From the NCBI GenBank assembly GCA_039815185.1, contig JBCBZT010000026.1, positions 44,205 through 108,204 of the forward strand: a stretch of 64,000 bases of DNA. Direction: 5' to 3'. This document shows positions 61,654-64,000 of this stretch, in pieces. This DNA is from Cyanobacteria bacterium P01_A01_bin.123 (GTDB lineage Bacteria > Cyanobacteriota > Cyanobacteriia > Phormidesmidales > Phormidesmidaceae). A program made the position numbers and the translations under genes. Within the stretch, counting starts at the first letter, position 1; every line of letters starts with the position of its first letter. The notes under the pieces are model-generated. The model was not told the origin of the DNA. It was given only the letters and a program-made list of their open reading frames with translations, and searched no databases.

Positions 61654-62658
61654 CTAAGCGACAGGATTTGGAGATTGATATTCGGTGGGTAACGTATCTG
61701 GAACCAAGGACGGGTAGGCGGGTTCCAAATCTTTGAATAACACGCTGCTGAGGTAGCGTTCGCCAAAACTGGGTTGGATCATGACGATCAGCTTGCCTGC
61801 ATTTTCAGGGCGTTGGCCGACTTGGATGGCAGCAGCCAGGGCAGCGCCAGCAGAAATGCCGGAGAGCAACCCCTCCTCGCGGGCCAGGCGACGGCTAAAG
61901 TCTAGGGCCGACTCATCCGGGACGGTGACGACTTCGTCAATCAGATCGACTTTCAGCACTGAGGGGATAAAACCAGCGCCAATACCCTGGATCTTATGAG
62001 GGCCTGCACTGCCACCAGATAGCACGGGACTGTTGGTGGGTTCGACGGCGATCGCACGAAAACTGGCTTTGCGCGCCCTCAGCACCTCGGCAATGCCGGT
62101 GATGGTACCGCCCGTGCCGACCCCAGCGACGACCATATCTACCTGGCCATCCGTATCGGCCCAGATTTCTTCGGCGGTGGTTTCTTGGTGGATTTGGGGA
62201 TTCGCCGGATTGTCAAACTGCTGGGGCATAAAGGCATTGGGCAGATGGGTGGTGATCTCTTGGGCTTTAGCGATCGCGCCCTTCATCCCCTGATTGCCCG
62301 GCGTCAACACCAACTCTGCCCCATAGGCTTTGAGCATCGCCCGACGCTCTATGCTCATGGTTTCGGGCATAGTCAGGATAATGCGGTAGCCCTTGGCTGC
62401 GGCAACCATCGCCAGGGCAATGCCGGTATTCCCCGAAGTCGGTTCTACCAGTACGGTTTCTCCGGGGGCGATCGCCCCCGCAACCTCAGCCGCATGAATC
62501 ATGTTGGCCCCAATCCGGTCTTTCACCGAAGCAGCAGGGTTCATGCCCTCCAGCTTGACCAAGATTTGAGCCCTGCAACCCTCTGATTGAGGAATCCGAT
62601 TGAGCTGCACCAGCGGCGTCCGACCAATGAGCTGAGTCACGTCTTGAGCAACCTGCAT
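61654..62658 (-). CDS. cysK: Cysteine synthase A
   Basis: [14 protein letters not shown] (PLP lysine), [31 protein letters not shown]. Confidence 0.97.
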   Translation of the reverse strand: MQVAQDVTQLIGRTPLVQLNRIPQSEGCRAQILVKLEGMNPAASVKDRIGANMIHAAEVAGAIAPGETVLVEPTSGNTGIALAMVAAAKGYRIILTMPETMSIERRAMLKAYGAELVLTPGNQGMKGAIAKAQEITTHLPNAFMPQQFDNPANPQIHQETTAEEIWADTDGQVDMVVAGVGTGGTITGIAEVLRARKASFRAIAVEPTNSPVLSGGSAGPHKIQGIGAGFIPSVLKVDLIDEVVTVPDESALDFSRRLAREEGLLSGISAGAALAAAIQVGQRPENAGKLIVMIQPSFGERYLSSVLFKDLEPAYPSLVPDTLPTEYQSPNPVA

Positions 62659-63239
62659 TGACGGTTCTCCTAATTTAATAATGACAATTTCTGGGTGGTA
62701 ATTTCTATGAGTTTAATCGGGTCAGTTCTCGATGCGCTAAGTACAGCATCAAACCCAAAAGTTAGCTCACAATAGCCACGAAGGAACGGGCTTAACGGCT
62801 ACGTTTAAAGGTTATCCATTCAAGCTTGACAACGCCGTAGCATACAGGGACGTAGTCAAGCACACCAATCAATCACACTCTCTAAGTAGAATTTAATCAG
62901 AACTCAAACGGATAAACTGTATTCATTAAACCAAATTCGAATCTTTAATCTTTTAAATAACCATCTAACGTGTGACTGTCTTCTAGGTTTAAAGCATTCC
63001 CTTATAAAGACACGATAGTTTGCCCAGCAAAATTAATCTATTCAGAAAAGGCAATGACTTGCATCGGCAAAATCAATACATTTAGAAATCCTAAAACAAC
63101 TAAAATTGCCAGCTTTTTTTCTAATGAGTTTGCTATTGTCAGTATGTGAGTATAGACTGTATGCAAGTACCTAGCTCTCGGAGCTTTTCATGCAGACCAA
63201 TGCCCATAATGCGTTGAAAGAAATCGTTAAATCTGTAGA

Positions 63240-63869
63240 TTAGCAACGGCGGGCAACAATATTATAGATATGCCAATATTTTTCCTCTCCTAGTGCAGTT
63301 TCACCAGGATGTTCTTCTTCATCTAAAAGTTCTATGTTGAAGGGAGCCAGTAGCTGTTCGAGCTGTGAGCGGGTGTGGCGACCAATGTCAGGATAAACAG
63401 CCCAAGAGTCGCGATCGCCAAACAGCTGCCCACAAAAGCGTCCACCAGGTCGCAAGGCGGCAACAATCTCTTCCCAGAGTTCTGAAAAGTGTTCTGGCGG
63501 GCAAAACGGTAGGCAAAAGCTGGCATTAATCAAGTCTACCTCGGGCGGCAATGTCAACGCTTCGAACCGCTGCACCCGCGTTTCCAAATAGAGGCGATTG
63601 ATATCTGGGCGTTGCTGTAGTCGGGCGATCGCATCAGGTTCCCCATCAATCGCGAGAACCCGCCAATTGCGCCGCAGCATCTCTACCGTGTCGCGCCCAT
63701 CCCCACAACCCAGATCCACGGCAAATCCAGCTTTAGATCGGCTTGACGTTGTGGATTCAGCGTCAAAGTGATCAAGGGCTTTAATCAGTGTTTCACGCGG
63801 GGGGCGACCGACAACGGCCTGATAATAGTCAGCCCACTTACGTTGCCCCTTAAAGCCCTCAGTAACCAT
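63240..63869 (-). CDS. Class I SAM-dependent methyltransferase (TehB-like)
   Basis: VDLGCGDGRD motif I, ALRPGGRF. ATG at 63869 preferred. Confidence 0.88.
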   Translation of the reverse strand: MVTEGFKGQRKWADYYQAVVGRPPRETLIKALDHFDAESTTSSRSKAGFAVDLGCGDGRDTVEMLRRNWRVLAIDGEPDAIARLQQRPDINRLYLETRVQRFEALTLPPEVDLINASFCLPFCPPEHFSELWEEIVAALRPGGRFCGQLFGDRDSWAVYPDIGRHTRSQLEQLLAPFNIELLDEEEHPGETALGEEKYWHIYNIVARRC

Positions 63870-64000
63870 AGTGTTGGCGGGGTTCTTTTGCCATCGATCC
63901 CAAAAGTGACACATTTTACTAACGAGGTGACCTCGTGATTCAACTGTTTAGAGGCGATCGCGTTTTTAGTAGGCACCGACTCCATGGAGGCCAGCAGGTA

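Larger units (their letters stand above)
1..64000. repeat. HIP1 octamer (GCGATCGC) dispersed through the window
   Basis: Many copies; nine counted by eye in the first 6.5 kb. A cyanobacterial hallmark. Confidence 0.9.

Noticed and set aside
62700..63160. Four TGAGT/ACTCA pentamers upstream of cysK as a regulator motif
   Set aside because: Short, irregularly spaced and in AT-rich DNA; cannot be separated from chance by eye.

Overview
Chromosomal window from a cyanobacterium (frequent HIP1 octamer GCGATCGC, cyanobacterial genes such as bioU, narM-like and ycf35, PEP-CTERM proteins, NtcA and SphR boxes). Most of it is core genome: tldD/tldE, upp, msrA, fmt, bioU, mltA, map, rplS-tRNA-Trp-secE-nusG-rplK-rplA-rplJ-rplL, modA/modBC, cysK and several ABC transporter parts. 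Two loci stand out. (1) An AT-rich block of about 14 kb between tldD and upp joins a stand-alone A-T-R NRPS and a MATE exporter to a complete signalling chain: hybrid kinase, single-domain receiver, HisKA-like/REC/PP2C phosphatase, GHKL kinase, STAS protein and a GGDEF-EAL-coiled-coil-GGDEF enzyme. It is a candidate make-export-sense-respond circuit acting on c-di-GMP. (2) A secreted, PEP-CTERM-anchored cyanophycinase lies directly upstream of a polar amino-acid ABC importer that has a canonical NtcA-activated promoter, a candidate system for scavenging extracellular cyanophycin. Also found: a glutamine riboswitch with an NtcA site ahead of a 58-aa DUF4278-type gene missing from the ORF track, a triuret-hydrolase-like gene, a membrane-anchored caspase-like protease, a four-unit Pho box, a histidine kinase remnant, a hairpin-rich gene-free region and several tandem duplications at gene ends. 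All family assignments come from motif recognition by eye; no searches were run. No CRISPR array, rRNA or transposase was seen.
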